Origin: an uncultured Spirochaetota bacterium | Lineage (GTDB): Bacteria > Spirochaetota > UBA4802 > UBA5550 | Assembly: GCA_963827275.1 (NCBI GenBank) | Contig: CAWHAA010000007.1 | Span: 1-64,000 of the forward strand | DNA length: 64,000 nucleotides | Direction: 5' to 3' | In this document: in pieces, positions 49,936-61,992 of the stretch | Layout of the letters: each line of letters starts with the position of its first letter | Numbering within the stretch: position 1 is the first letter of the stretch | Notes under the pieces: generated by a model | Seen by the model: only the letters and a program-made list of their open reading frames with translations | What the model was told of the DNA's origin: nothing | Database searches by the model: none | Made by a program: the position numbers and the translations under genes

Positions 49936-50984
49936 CCGGGAAAAAACTCACCAAGGGAAATATCGCCCTTGCCGAGGGGGCGATTCAGGCGGGGTGCCGT
50001 TTCTATTTCGGTTATCCCATAACACCCCAGAACGACATACCGGAATACCTTGCAAAATACCTCCCCAAGGTGGGCGGCACCTTTATTCCAGCCGAAAGCG
50101 AAATCGCCTCGATCAACATGGTGCTCGGCGCGGGCGCGTCGGGCGAGCGCGCCATGACCTCGTCTTCGGGCCCTGGCATCTCCCTCATGCAGGAGGGAAT
50201 CTCCTACCTGGCCGGATCGGAGATCCCCGGTCTCGTGGTGAACATCATGCGGTGCGGACCGGGGCTCGGCGGCATCGCGCCCACGCAGGGGGATTACATG
50301 CAGGCGGTGCACGGCGGCGGCCACGGGGACTACCGCAACATCGTGCTCGCACCGGCCTCGGTGCAGGAGATGTTCGACCTGACCATAAAAGCGTTTGAGC
50401 TTGCCGACAGGTACCGGATGGTCGCGGTCATCCTGGCCGACGCCATGGTGGGGCAGTTCCAGGAACCGTGCCGCCTCACCCCGGAAAAGCCTGTCGTCAT
50501 ACCTGAAAAACCGTGGGCGCTGAAGGGCCGGCTCGGCAAGAAGCCGCAGCTCCTCAAGTCCCTCTACCTCGGGCCCGGGGAGCAGGAAGCGCATAATCTC
50601 GACCTGCTGAAAAAATATACCGAGGTCCAGAAAAACGAGGTGATGTGCGAGGAAAAGTTTCTCGACGATGCCGAAATAATGATCGTCGCGTTCGGGACCC
50701 CGTCGCGCATCGCCAAGACCGCCATCCGCATGGCGCGCGAACAGGGAATAAAGGTGGGGCTCCTCCGGCCCATCACGCTTTTTCCGTTCCCGTCGGAACA
50801 GGTCCATGCGCATTCCGCGCGCATCAGGAAGGTGCTGGTGGTCGAGATGAACAACGGGCAGATGCTGTATGATGTGAAGATAGCCGCGCATAAAGACGCT
50901 GAAATATCATTCTACGGACGGCCCGGGGGCGGGATCCCGTTCCCGAATGAAGTGCTGGCTGAAATCAAGAAGGCGCTGGAGTAA
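49932..50984 (+). CDS. vorB: 2-oxoisovalerate(VOR)-type 2-oxoacid:ferredoxin oxidoreductase alpha subunit
   Basis: Motifs FGYPITPQ, AESEIA, MTSSSGPGISL and GGGHGDY. Confidence 0.85.
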   Translation: MTGKKLTKGNIALAEGAIQAGCRFYFGYPITPQNDIPEYLAKYLPKVGGTFIPAESEIASINMVLGAGASGERAMTSSSGPGISLMQEGISYLAGSEIPGLVVNIMRCGPGLGGIAPTQGDYMQAVHGGGHGDYRNIVLAPASVQEMFDLTIKAFELADRYRMVAVILADAMVGQFQEPCRLTPEKPVVIPEKPWALKGRLGKKPQLLKSLYLGPGEQEAHNLDLLKKYTEVQKNEVMCEEKFLDDAEIMIVAFGTPSRIAKTAIRMAREQGIKVGLLRPITLFPFPSEQVHAHSARIRKVLVVEMNNGQMLYDVKIAAHKDAEISFYGRPGGGIPFPNEVLAEIKKALE

Positions 50985-50987
50985 CCG

Positions 50988-51740
50988 ATGAACAGGATTT
51001 TCGGCAGAAGCGAATGCCTTACCGACACCCCGACGCATTTTTGTCCCGGCTGCACGCATGGCATCGCGCACCGGCTCGTGGCGGAAGCGATCGAGGAGCT
51101 CGGGGTCGCCGACAGGACCATCGGGGTCCCGGGCGTCGGGTGCTGCGTGTTCCTCTACTATTATATCCCGATCGACACCCTGGAGGCCCCGCACGGCAGG
51201 GCGCCCGCGGTCGCCACGGGGATGAAGCGCGCCCAGCCGGACAAGATCATCTTTAATTACCAGGGCGACGGCGACATGGCCGCCATCGGCACCTCCGAGA
51301 TCATCCACGCGGCGAACCGGGGCGAGAACATCACGGTGATATACGTCAACAATTCAGTGTACGGTATGACCGGCGGCCAGATGGCCCCGACCACGCTCCT
51401 CGGACAGCAGACTACCACGTCGCCCTACGGCAGGAACCATGAGACCGAGGGCTATCCTATCAAGATGGCCGAGATGCTCGCGACCCTTGAAGGCGTCGCC
51501 TATTCCGCGCGGGTTTCGCTCCATCGCCCCAAGAACGTCATCCAGGCGAAGAAGGCCATTGTCAAGGCCTTCGAGATGCAGATTAACAAGATGGGGTTCA
51601 CTGTGGTGGAAATCCTTTCCACATGCAATACGAACTGGCGCGTGTCCCCCACCGAGGCCCTGGATGTCATTGAAAATGAGATGATACCCTATTTCCCCCT
51701 GGGGGTATTCAAGGAAAGGACGGGGAAGGACTTTTTGTAG
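50988..51740 (+). CDS. 2-oxoacid:ferredoxin oxidoreductase beta (TPP-binding) subunit
   Basis: Motifs FCPGCTHG, HGRAPAVATG, YQGDGD and YGMTGGQMAPTT. Confidence 0.92.
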   Translation: MNRIFGRSECLTDTPTHFCPGCTHGIAHRLVAEAIEELGVADRTIGVPGVGCCVFLYYYIPIDTLEAPHGRAPAVATGMKRAQPDKIIFNYQGDGDMAAIGTSEIIHAANRGENITVIYVNNSVYGMTGGQMAPTTLLGQQTTTSPYGRNHETEGYPIKMAEMLATLEGVAYSARVSLHRPKNVIQAKKAIVKAFEMQINKMGFTVVEILSTCNTNWRVSPTEALDVIENEMIPYFPLGVFKERTGKDFL

Positions 51741-51762
51741 GGTGCGGTCACGTGACCGCACC
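51737..51762. repeat. GTAG followed by a perfect 22-bp palindrome (REP-like)
   Basis: GTAG-GGTGCGGTCAC|GTGACCGCACC, located between the beta and gamma genes. Confidence 0.8.
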
Positions 51763-51785
51763 TTCATGCATGTCACGAGGATGTT

Positions 51786-52337
51786 ATGTACTATGATATA
51801 ATCATGACCGGCTTTGGCGGGCAGGGGATCCAGACCATCAGTCTCATCGTGGCCCTTGCGGCGATGAGGAAAGACCTCGAAGTGACGTACCTTCCCTCGT
51901 ATGGCGTGGAGAAGCGGGGCGGCAGGACCAATGTGTACGTCACTATCGCAGACCAGGAGATCGGCTCTCCCATCTCCAACACGCCGTCCGCGCTCCTGGC
52001 CCTGGACCTTGTCGGGCTTGAATTTTTCCAGGGCATGCTGGGGAAGGGGAGCCTGCTCGTGGCCAATACGAGCCTGATCCCCGAAGAGAATATCAGGACC
52101 ATGGACGGCGTCAGGGTCCTTAACGTCAGGATTAACGACGAAGCAGTGTCAATGGGGAACCCCAAGCTTGCGAACATGATAACCCTGGGATGTTTCATAG
52201 AGGCCCTGCCATTCCTGAGCTATGATGACCTCAAGGCGGTAATAGGCGAGGTGATCCCCGAGCGCCTCAAGGAGACCATACCGGACAATTTAAAAGCCAT
52301 CCTGCGTGGGATAGAGATAGCGAAAAGCATGAAATGA
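51786..52337 (+). CDS. 2-oxoacid:ferredoxin oxidoreductase gamma subunit
   Basis: Motifs GFGGQG, PSYGVEKRGG and ANMITLG. Confidence 0.92.
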   Translation: MYYDIIMTGFGGQGIQTISLIVALAAMRKDLEVTYLPSYGVEKRGGRTNVYVTIADQEIGSPISNTPSALLALDLVGLEFFQGMLGKGSLLVANTSLIPEENIRTMDGVRVLNVRINDEAVSMGNPKLANMITLGCFIEALPFLSYDDLKAVIGEVIPERLKETIPDNLKAILRGIEIAKSMK

Positions 52338-52435
52338 CCGCCCTTCCTGTGCCATAGGGCATGGGACTGCTTGTAGTATTATTTTTACTCTGACCCCTGC
52401 ATTCTCGAAATTCTTGTTGCTCTGACCCCGAATAG

Positions 52436-53896
<1,461 letters not shown>

Positions 53897-53935
53897 TCGC
53901 GGGAAGAACGGCACCAACGAAGAAGGAGCAATACC

Positions 53936-54874
53936 ATGAGCAGGATATTCAACAATATAACAGAAACAATCGGCAATACGCCTCTGGTGAGAATAAACAG
54001 CGCCAACGGCGCGCAGGGAGCGGTCATCCTGGCAAAGCTTGAGTCGTTCAACCCGCTGTCGAGCGTAAAAGACAGGATCGGCGCCGCAATGATTGACGCG
54101 GCGGAAAAGGCCGGAAAGATAAAGGATGGCACGGTCATCATCGAGCCCACCAGCGGGAACACGGGCATCGCGCTTGCCTTCGTGTGCGCCGCCAGGGGGT
54201 ATCGGCTCATCCTCACCATGCCGGATACCATGAGCGTCGAGCGGCGGCAGCTGCTTCAGATACTCGGCGCCGAGCTGGTGCTGACCGAGGGCGCAAAGGG
54301 GATGAAGGGCGCCATCGCGAAAGCCGAAGAGCTGGTGAAGAGCACGCCGAACAGCTTCATGCCGCAGCAGTTCAACAACCCGGCCAACCCGGAGGTCCAC
54401 CGGAAGACCACGGCGGAGGAGATATGGCGCGACACGGACGGCGCGGTCGATATCTTCGTCGCCGGCGTGGGCACGGGCGGCACAATTTCCGGTGTGGGAG
54501 AGGTGCTCAAGAAGAAAAAGAGCCCGGTGAAAATTATTGCGGTTGAGCCGACCGATTCCCCGGTCCTTTCCGGGGGAAACCCCGGCCCGCACAAGATCCA
54601 GGGCCTCGGCGCGGGCTTTGTCCCGAACATATTCAACAGGGACATCGTCGATGAGATCATCCCCGTGACCCACGCGGACGCGGGGGATACGGCGCGCCGC
54701 CTCGCCAGGGAGGAGGGCATTCTGGTGGGAATTTCAAGCGGCGCGGCCCTCTGGGCTGCCGTCAAGGTCGCGAAGAGAAAAGAATCAGCGGGCAAAACGA
54801 TTGTCGTGCTGCTGCCGGACAGCGGGGAGCGGTATCTCTCGACGTGGCTTTTCGGGGATAACGGGACTAAATAA
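53936..54874 (+). CDS. cysK: Cysteine synthase A
   Basis: Motifs [30 protein letters not shown] and DSGERYLST. Confidence 0.96.
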   Translation: MSRIFNNITETIGNTPLVRINSANGAQGAVILAKLESFNPLSSVKDRIGAAMIDAAEKAGKIKDGTVIIEPTSGNTGIALAFVCAARGYRLILTMPDTMSVERRQLLQILGAELVLTEGAKGMKGAIAKAEELVKSTPNSFMPQQFNNPANPEVHRKTTAEEIWRDTDGAVDIFVAGVGTGGTISGVGEVLKKKKSPVKIIAVEPTDSPVLSGGNPGPHKIQGLGAGFVPNIFNRDIVDEIIPVTHADAGDTARRLAREEGILVGISSGAALWAAVKVAKRKESAGKTIVVLLPDSGERYLSTWLFGDNGTK

Positions 54875-54889
54875 CAAGGAGATGTACGC

Positions 54890-55339
54890 ATGAGACTTTC
54901 CACCCGGTCAAGGTATGGCGTCAGGCTGATGCTGGCGCTGGGCGCCAGTGAAAAAAGAGGACCGGTTTTTTTAAAAGAGATCGCCCGCTCCGAGAATATC
55001 TCGGAAAAATATTTAAGCCAGATTGTAATCCCGCTGAAGGCAAAGGGACTGGTAACGCCGTTCAGGGGCGCTCATGGCGGATATGTTTTAAGCAGGCCGG
55101 CCTCGCAGATAACACTGAGGGATATAATTGAACCCCTTGAGGGTGATTTGAGCCTCGTAGAGTGCGTGATGAATGCCGACATCTGCCTTCGTTCAACGGA
55201 GTGTGTCACCCGGGACATCTGGGCCCGGATGAGCTCGCTACTTTTGGACTTTCTTGATGCCTTTACGCTGGAGGACCTCATTGATAAATATAGAAAAATT
55301 AATGAAAAAAATAACAATACAGATGACTATTCGATTTAA
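54890..55339 (+). CDS. Rrf2-family regulator (CymR/IscR-like)
   Basis: MRLSTRSRYG, ISEKYLSQI, RGAHGGY; three Cys in ECVMNADICLRSTEC. Confidence 0.92.
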   Translation: MRLSTRSRYGVRLMLALGASEKRGPVFLKEIARSENISEKYLSQIVIPLKAKGLVTPFRGAHGGYVLSRPASQITLRDIIEPLEGDLSLVECVMNADICLRSTECVTRDIWARMSSLLLDFLDAFTLEDLIDKYRKINEKNNNTDDYSI

Positions 55340-55380
55340 GCCATTTATATCCTGACAGGAAACATCTGTAGAAAAAGACA

Positions 55381-55515
55381 ATGAAGGATTTTTTTTTGAT
55401 AATGGCGGTAGGGATGAGCGGCGGTGTTGACTCGTCTGTTGCCGGCCCGGTCATGAAAGAGCAGGGGCATGACGTGGCCGGCATCACGATGCATATTTGG
55501 TCATGGAAAAGGTAA
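55381..55515 (+). pseudogene. mnmA: 5' remnant of tRNA 2-thiouridylase MnmA
   Basis: Manual translation: [44 protein letters not shown], containing the PP-loop SGGVDS; only 44 codons. Confidence 0.8.
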
Positions 55516-55674
55516 GAAAATAAATATTTTTCCAATCTGAAACAATATGCGCATTATAATCCTTGCTCTGATATAAAAAATATATTATTATTTAACATGC
55601 CGGCGGATATATCGGAATGATGAATGGATGCTATTTTTACAGAATATCATTTGATCATTAATCGGAGGTCCAAC

Positions 55675-55998
55675 ATGCAAAAGCTATCGATGGTGACGGT
55701 ATGTATTTTAATGGCAGGTATGTTTATGTCGGGTATCATGTCCGAAAAAGCCACGGGCGCACAAAAAAAGGGAAAGGCCCAGACGATCTGCCCGGTAATG
55801 GGCGATCCCATCAATAAAAAGTTTTATGTTGATTACAAAGGATTCCGCATATACTTCTGTTGTTCGTCATGCCCGGATGAATTCAAAAAGAATCCTGAAA
55901 AATATATGAAAAAGCTGCGTGATGACGGTGTTACTCCTGAAAAAACACCCGATAAGAACGCGGTAAAATCAAAAGCGGACAGGCACGGGCCGCATTAA
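55675..55998 (+). CDS. YHS-domain metal-binding exported protein
   Basis: QTICPVMG...IYFCCSSCPDEFKKNPEKY; GGAGG RBS. Confidence 0.85.
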   Translation: MQKLSMVTVCILMAGMFMSGIMSEKATGAQKKGKAQTICPVMGDPINKKFYVDYKGFRIYFCCSSCPDEFKKNPEKYMKKLRDDGVTPEKTPDKNAVKSKADRHGPH

Positions 55999-56009
55999 GC
56001 GTTAACAAT

Positions 56010-57314
56010 ATGCGGAAACTTCTCGTCGTTACATCCTTGCTGATCCAGGCCGCGGTGTACGGCGACCCGGCGGCACTTGTTGAATTGCAGAGCACGGCGC
56101 TTACGGGAAACCCGCGCATCAGGGCCATGGAAGCTGAAGTGCAAATGATGAAGAAGCGGATTCCGCAGAGCACGGCGCTCGAAGATCCAAAGCTCAAGCT
56201 GGGATTAAACAACCTGTCAGTCAAATCGCCTTCCTTCACAAAAGAAGACATGACCTCAAAGGAAATCGGCATATCCCAGATGATTCCCCTGGGCAGGCTG
56301 CCGTATCAGAAGAAAATCGCCGTCCTGGAATATGAAAAAGCGATGTCCAAACTCAAGGCTGAGAGGGTCGAAACATTGCACATGCTTCGTGTGAATTACT
56401 ATGAGCTGATGTACGCGGGGTCATCGATCAGGGTCCTCGAGGATATAAAAAAGCAGATCAAACTGGTGATAGAAAGTGAAATGGCCGCAACGAAATCGGG
56501 AACGGGGAGCCTCGCCAATGTCATAAAGGCCAGGATCGAGTATACCATGATTGACGAGGAGATTATCAATCAAAAACAGAAGCAAAAGGAGATCGAGCAG
56601 AATATCAATTATTTTGCCGGGAGCAGAGTGGCCGTCACATTCAAGCCATTATCTGAGCCGGGCTTCAATGAGATTCCCGTAGAATCAGTCCTGAAAGAGA
56701 TCCTCGTGTCGAACCCGGAATTGAAGATTTTCTCCCTTGATGTTGAGATAAGTAAAAATGAAATCGCTTTGAAAAAATCGGAATACGCCCCGGACGTGGA
56801 ACTGGGGCTTTCGTATATGCAGCGTCAGGACGGAAGGAGGAAAAATTCCTTTGACACAATGCTTGGCATGGGTGGCGCAACGACAGTGTATAAATCAGAA
56901 AAAATGAAGCGCGATGATATGATTTCGGCAATGGCGACCATGTCGATTCCCTTCTGGTTCTGGAAAAAGAATATTCCCATGGTCGACGAGATGAATAGAA
57001 AGAACGAATCGGCAAAAAATTATTACCAGGACGCGCTGAATAAAATGAACGCGCGCGCGGAAACGCTCGCGAGCCAGATGGCCAGGTGGCGGGACCTGTA
57101 TAAACTATATCATGACAGGATTATTCCCCAGGCTGAACTGGGCCTTGAAACGAACCTGGCCCGGTATAGGACCAGCACGATCGAATTCATGCCGGTGGTG
57201 GATACGGTTCGGATGCTGCTGCGGTATAAAAGGGAGCTCGCGATGGCAGTAAAGGAATATTATGTGTCTTATTCGGAGCTGAACGCGCTGATGGGCGTGG
57301 AGGTGCTGCAATGA
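56010..57314 (+). CDS. TolC-family outer-membrane efflux protein (CusC/CzcC-like)
   Basis: OEP repeats (ISQMIP, YAPDVELG, MSIPFW); lies upstream of the MFP and RND genes. Confidence 0.85.
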   Translation: MRKLLVVTSLLIQAAVYGDPAALVELQSTALTGNPRIRAMEAEVQMMKKRIPQSTALEDPKLKLGLNNLSVKSPSFTKEDMTSKEIGISQMIPLGRLPYQKKIAVLEYEKAMSKLKAERVETLHMLRVNYYELMYAGSSIRVLEDIKKQIKLVIESEMAATKSGTGSLANVIKARIEYTMIDEEIINQKQKQKEIEQNINYFAGSRVAVTFKPLSEPGFNEIPVESVLKEILVSNPELKIFSLDVEISKNEIALKKSEYAPDVELGLSYMQRQDGRRKNSFDTMLGMGGATTVYKSEKMKRDDMISAMATMSIPFWFWKKNIPMVDEMNRKNESAKNYYQDALNKMNARAETLASQMARWRDLYKLYHDRIIPQAELGLETNLARYRTSTIEFMPVVDTVRMLLRYKRELAMAVKEYYVSYSELNALMGVEVLQ

Positions 57315-58762
57315 AGCACAAATGGAAAGTTGTCATAGCTGTTATTGCGGTACTCGCGACCGGCGGATATTTACTGATAACGTATCTGCCGATACAACAT
57401 GACGCGCACCAGGAGGAGCAAAAACAGCTCTACACCTGCCCGATGCACCCGCAGATCGTGCAGGATAAGCCGGGTGAGTGCCCTATCTGCGGCATGAAGC
57501 TCGTTCCCATAAAAAAAGAGGAAAAGAGAAAGGAAAAAAAGACGATGTACCGCTCGTCCATGAACCCGAACGAGGTGAGCGATCATCCGGGGAAGGACTC
57601 CATGGGCATGGAAATGGTGCCCTTTGAAGCCGGGGACGGGGAAGAAGAGATCATAACGCCGAGTGGGCTCGCGCCGGTTACCATTGCCAAAGACAAGAGG
57701 GATATGATAGGCCTCTCCTTCGAGGAGATCAGGGTCAGGCCCATACAAAAGGAGATACGCACGTCGGTCCGTATCGTGCCGGATGAGACGAGACAGTTCA
57801 GGGTAATGACCAAGGTGGGCGGATGGGTTGAGAAATTATACGTGAACCAGACCGGTCAGTTCGTGAAAAAGGGAAGTCCGCTGTTGTCCGTATACAGCCC
57901 GGAGTTGCTTTCGGCGCAGCAGGAATATCTCTCCGCAGTGAAGGCAACGTTGAGATTTAAGGACGATATGGATACGGAGATGCCCGGGAGCATGGATGAG
58001 ATGGAAAAAGCCTCACGTGAGAGGCTTCGCCTGCTGGACATGTCCGATCATCAGATAGAGCGGATTCGAAACACCGGAATGATAGAGCGGGCGGTGACGC
58101 TGTATGCTCCTTCTTCAGGGTATGTGACCGAGAAGATGGTTCTTCAGGGCCAGAAAATCATGATGAATGATGCCCTTATGGTGATTGTGGACCTCTCCCG
58201 TGTATGGGGCGAGCTGGATGTTCATGAGACCGACCTCCCCTATGTGAAAATCGGCATGCCGGTCGAGGTGACGCTCTCGTATTGGGAGGGCAAATCATTC
58301 AGGGGAAGGATAAATTTTCTCAATCCCTTCATGGACCCGGAGACACGTGTCCTGAAGGCCCGGGTGGAGATACCAAACAGCGGTCTTGTCCTCAAGCCGA
58401 ACATGTACGGCGACGCACAGATGACGTACAATATCGGAAAAAAACTCGCCGTTTCTGAACAGGCCGTGATGCAGACCGGCGTACGCAATTATGTGTTTAT
58501 CGAGGGGAAGGACGACCTTGTCGTCCCCTATGAGGTAAAAATCGGGGCGCATTCCAGCGACGGTTACTATGTGGTGCTTTCCGGGTTGAAGGGGGGCGAA
58601 AGAGTGGTAACCTCCGCGAATTTTCTTGTCGATTCCGAATCATCATTAAAGGCTGCCTTCAAATCCGCCAGTACACGGGGAGATGCGGGAACGGAATCAA
58701 GACAAACATCAAAAAAAGACACAGACTACCGGCGATCACAAGCACCAGGTACCGTAGTATGA
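57311..58762 (+). CDS. cusB: Heavy-metal efflux RND periplasmic adaptor (CusB-like)
   Basis: Motifs YTCPMHP...CPICGM, PGKDSMGMEMVP, YSPELLSAQQEY and FLVDSES. Confidence 0.88.
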   Translation: MKHKWKVVIAVIAVLATGGYLLITYLPIQHDAHQEEQKQLYTCPMHPQIVQDKPGECPICGMKLVPIKKEEKRKEKKTMYRSSMNPNEVSDHPGKDSMGMEMVPFEAGDGEEEIITPSGLAPVTIAKDKRDMIGLSFEEIRVRPIQKEIRTSVRIVPDETRQFRVMTKVGGWVEKLYVNQTGQFVKKGSPLLSVYSPELLSAQQEYLSAVKATLRFKDDMDTEMPGSMDEMEKASRERLRLLDMSDHQIERIRNTGMIERAVTLYAPSSGYVTEKMVLQGQKIMMNDALMVIVDLSRVWGELDVHETDLPYVKIGMPVEVTLSYWEGKSFRGRINFLNPFMDPETRVLKARVEIPNSGLVLKPNMYGDAQMTYNIGKKLAVSEQAVMQTGVRNYVFIEGKDDLVVPYEVKIGAHSSDGYYVVLSGLKGGERVVTSANFLVDSESSLKAAFKSASTRGDAGTESRQTSKKDTDYRRSQAPGTVV

Positions 58763-61700
58763 TACGAAAGATAATATCATTTTCAGCGCATAATAAAATG
58801 CTGGTGATATTGCTCGTGTCGGCGGCCATCGCCTATGCCGTCTATTCCATGTACCATATTCCCCTTGACGCTATTCCCGACCTTTCCGATACACAGGTCA
58901 TCGTATACACAAAATGGGACCGCAGCCCGGACATACTGGAGGACCAGGTCACCTATCCGATCATCTCCGCGCTCCTGGGGGCGCCCCGGGTAAAGGCCAT
59001 ACGCGGGTACAGCGATTTCGGATTTTCCTACGTGTACGTCATCTTCCAGGATGGAACAGACATATACTGGGCGCGGAGCCGGGTACTCGAATATCTTTCA
59101 AAAATACAGGGGGGCCTTCCTGCCGGCGTGAAGTCCGAACTGGGTCCCGATGCCACGGGGGTGGGATGGGTTTTCCAATACGCTCTTGTCGATACATCCG
59201 GCGCTCATGACCTGGCGAGCCTCCGCTCATTCCAGGACTGGAGCCTGAAGTATGCGCTCCAGAGTGTGCCGGGAGTGTCCGAGGTGGCCAGCATCGGCGG
59301 GTTCGAAAAACAGTACCAGGTCACCGTGGATCCCAATCGCCTCCACGCGTACAGGCTTTCGCTGATGAACGTGATTGACGCGATAAAGCGCAACAACAAC
59401 GAAGCGGGCGGGCGCTTGATAGAATGGTCCGGCAAAGAATTCATGGTGCGGGCAAAGGGATATGTAAAAAGCGTCGATGATCTCAAAAAAATAACGGTGA
59501 AAGAGAGCGGGGGGACCCCGGTCATGCTGGAGAACGTGGCCACGATAACGCTGGGCCCGCAGATGCGCCGCGGCCTTGCCGAGCTGAACGGCCAGGGTGA
59601 CGTTGTCGGCGGCATCGTCGTTATTCGTCATGGGGAAAACGCGCTCAATGTCATCGAGCGGGTCAAAGAACGAATCGAAGACCTCAAGCCCTCTCTTCCG
59701 GAAGGCGTGTCAATAAAAACAGTATATGACCGCTCTGATCTGATCCGGCGGTCTATCGACAACTTGAAAGAAGAACTTCTCGTCGAAATGGTGATCGTGA
59801 GCCTTGTCATCCTCCTGTTCCTGTGGCATTTCCCCTCCGCCATGGTGCCGATCATCACCATCCCCATATCCGTGGCGCTCGCCTTTATCCCCATGTATTT
59901 TTTTGGCATATCTTCAAACATCATGAGCCTGGCGGGCATCGCCATTTCGATCGGCGTGCTTGTGGACGGGGCCATTGTGGAGGTTGAAAACGCCTATAAA
60001 AAAATTGAATTGTGGATTGAGGGAGGCCGCAAGGGTGATTTTCACGAGGTGCGTCTGGAAGCCCTCATGGAGGTGGGGCCGTCGGTCTTTTTCTCGCTTC
60101 TGGTGATAGCGGTGGCGTTCCTTCCCGTTTTTACGCTGGTGGACCAGGAGGGCAGGCTCTTCACGCCGCTGGCATGGACGAAAACCCTGACGATAGCGCT
60201 CGCGTCGCTCCTGGCGGTCACCCTGGACCCTGCGGTCCGCATGCTCTTTACCAGGCTGGAGCCTTTTCATCTGAAGCCGAAATGGCTCGCCCTGGCGGCG
60301 ACAAATCTCTTTGTGGGTAAATATTATCCTGAAGAAAAGCATCCGGTAAGTAAATTGCTTTTCAAGCTGTATGATCCGCCGTGCCGATGGGTGCTGGAAC
60401 ACCCCAGGCGGGTCATCGCCGGCGCGGTGCTGACGGTGCTGCTATCCATTCCTGTTTATTTTAAGCTCGGGTCGGAGTTTATGCCGCCGCTGAATGAAGG
60501 CACCGTGCTCTATATGCCCACAACGCTCCCCGGGATCTCCGTGACCGAGGCGCGGAACCTCCTTCTCATGCAGGACAGGATACTGATGACGTTCCCTGAA
60601 GTGGAAACCGTGTTCGGCAAGGCGGGCAGGGCCGATACCTCCACCGACCCGGCGCCCTTTTCAATGATGGAGACGACAATACACCTGAAGCCGCAGAGCG
60701 AATGGCGTGAAAAGAAGCGCTGGTACTCTGCCTGGGCGCCGGCGCCGCTCAAATGGCTGCTGCGCCATGTCTGGCCTGATACAATCAGCTATGATGAGCT
60801 TATCGGCCTGATGGACGAGAAATTGCAGATACCCGGGAACAGCAACGCCTGGACCATGCCAATCAAGGGGCGTATCGATATGCTCACGACGGGCGTGCGC
60901 ACTCCGGTGGGTATCAAGATTTTCGGTTCGGACCTGAATGAAATACAGAGGGTCGGTAGCGAGATTGAGGCAGTGCTGAAAAAGGTAACGGGCACACGGA
61001 GCGTATTCGCGGAACGGGTCGGCGGCGGTTACTATGTGGACCTTACCCCGAAGCGGGAAGCACTGGCGCGGTACGGATTGAACATAGACGATTTCCAGGA
61101 GGTCGTCATGAGCGCCATCGGCGGGGATACCGTCTCCACCACGATCGAGGGGAGGGAGCGGTATTCGATCAACGTGCGATATCCCCGCGCCCTGCGTACC
61201 CGGGTGGACGAGCTTGAGAGAGTGTACATTACCACGATGAGCGGCATGCAGGTGCCCATGAAGGAGGTCGCTGATATTAAGCTGACGTATGGGCCTTCCA
61301 TGATACGCGACGAAAATGGACGGTTGGCCGGTTACGTGTATGTCGATATCGCTGACCGTGACATTGGCTCATACGTGGAAGAAGCAAAAGAGGTGGTTAA
61401 AAAGCATATAAAGATGCCTGCCGGGTATACGCTTGCCTGGAGCGGCCAGTATGAAAACATGCAGCGTGTTGCTGAACGGCTGAAAATAGTGCTGCCGATA
61501 ACTATCCTTCTGATATTCGTGCTGCTTTTCATGAACACGAAGTCTGCCTTCAAGGCTTCCGTGGTCATGCTTGCCGTGCCTTTTTCCGCTGTCGGGGCGC
61601 TATGGCTCATGTTTGCGCTCGGTTACCATACTTCAATAGCTGCCTGGGTCGGCATGATCGCCCTCATGGGCCTTGACGCCGAGACAGGCGTGTTCATGCT

Positions 61701-61992
61701 CCTGTTCCTCGATCTTTCATATGACGAGGCAAAAAAGAAAGGGAGATTGAATAATCTTCACGAGCTTAAAGAAGCAATTGTCCATGGCGCCGTGAAAAGG
61801 ATACGTCCTAAAATCATGACCGTAATGGCGACATCCATGGGACTCCTGCCGATCATGTGGTCAATGGGGGCCGGAGCGGACGTTATGAAGCGGATCGCCG
61901 CACCCATGGTTGGCGGCCTTTTTACTTCGTTTATCATGGAATTGCTCGTGTATCCGGCCATTTATCTATTGTGGAAAAAAAGGAAAATCTAG
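58759..61992 (+). CDS. cusA: CusA/CzcA-family heavy-metal efflux RND transporter (Cu/Ag type)
   Basis: Motifs LDAIPDLSDTQV, LGPDATGVGW, GSEFMPPLNEG, TDPAPFSMMET and RIRPKIMT. Confidence 0.93.
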   Translation: MIRKIISFSAHNKMLVILLVSAAIAYAVYSMYHIPLDAIPDLSDTQVIVYTKWDRSPDILEDQVTYPIISALLGAPRVKAIRGYSDFGFSYVYVIFQDGTDIYWARSRVLEYLSKIQGGLPAGVKSELGPDATGVGWVFQYALVDTSGAHDLASLRSFQDWSLKYALQSVPGVSEVASIGGFEKQYQVTVDPNRLHAYRLSLMNVIDAIKRNNNEAGGRLIEWSGKEFMVRAKGYVKSVDDLKKITVKESGGTPVMLENVATITLGPQMRRGLAELNGQGDVVGGIVVIRHGENALNVIERVKERIEDLKPSLPEGVSIKTVYDRSDLIRRSIDNLKEELLVEMVIVSLVILLFLWHFPSAMVPIITIPISVALAFIPMYFFGISSNIMSLAGIAISIGVLVDGAIVEVENAYKKIELWIEGGRKGDFHEVRLEALMEVGPSVFFSLLVIAVAFLPVFTLVDQEGRLFTPLAWTKTLTIALASLLAVTLDPAVRMLFTRLEPFHLKPKWLALAATNLFVGKYYPEEKHPVSKLLFKLYDPPCRWVLEHPRRVIAGAVLTVLLSIPVYFKLGSEFMPPLNEGTVLYMPTTLPGISVTEARNLLLMQDRILMTFPEVETVFGKAGRADTSTDPAPFSMMETTIHLKPQSEWREKKRWYSAWAPAPLKWLLRHVWPDTISYDELIGLMDEKLQIPGNSNAWTMPIKGRIDMLTTGVRTPVGIKIFGSDLNEIQRVGSEIEAVLKKVTGTRSVFAERVGGGYYVDLTPKREALARYGLNIDDFQEVVMSAIGGDTVSTTIEGRERYSINVRYPRALRTRVDELERVYITTMSGMQVPMKEVADIKLTYGPSMIRDENGRLAGYVYVDIADRDIGSYVEEAKEVVKKHIKMPAGYTLAWSGQYENMQRVAERLKIVLPITILLIFVLLFMNTKSAFKASVVMLAVPFSAVGALWLMFALGYHTSIAAWVGMIALMGLDAETGVFMLLFLDLSYDEAKKKGRLNNLHELKEAIVHGAVKRIRPKIMTVMATSMGLLPIMWSMGAGADVMKRIAAPMVGGLFTSFIMELLVYPAIYLLWKKRKI

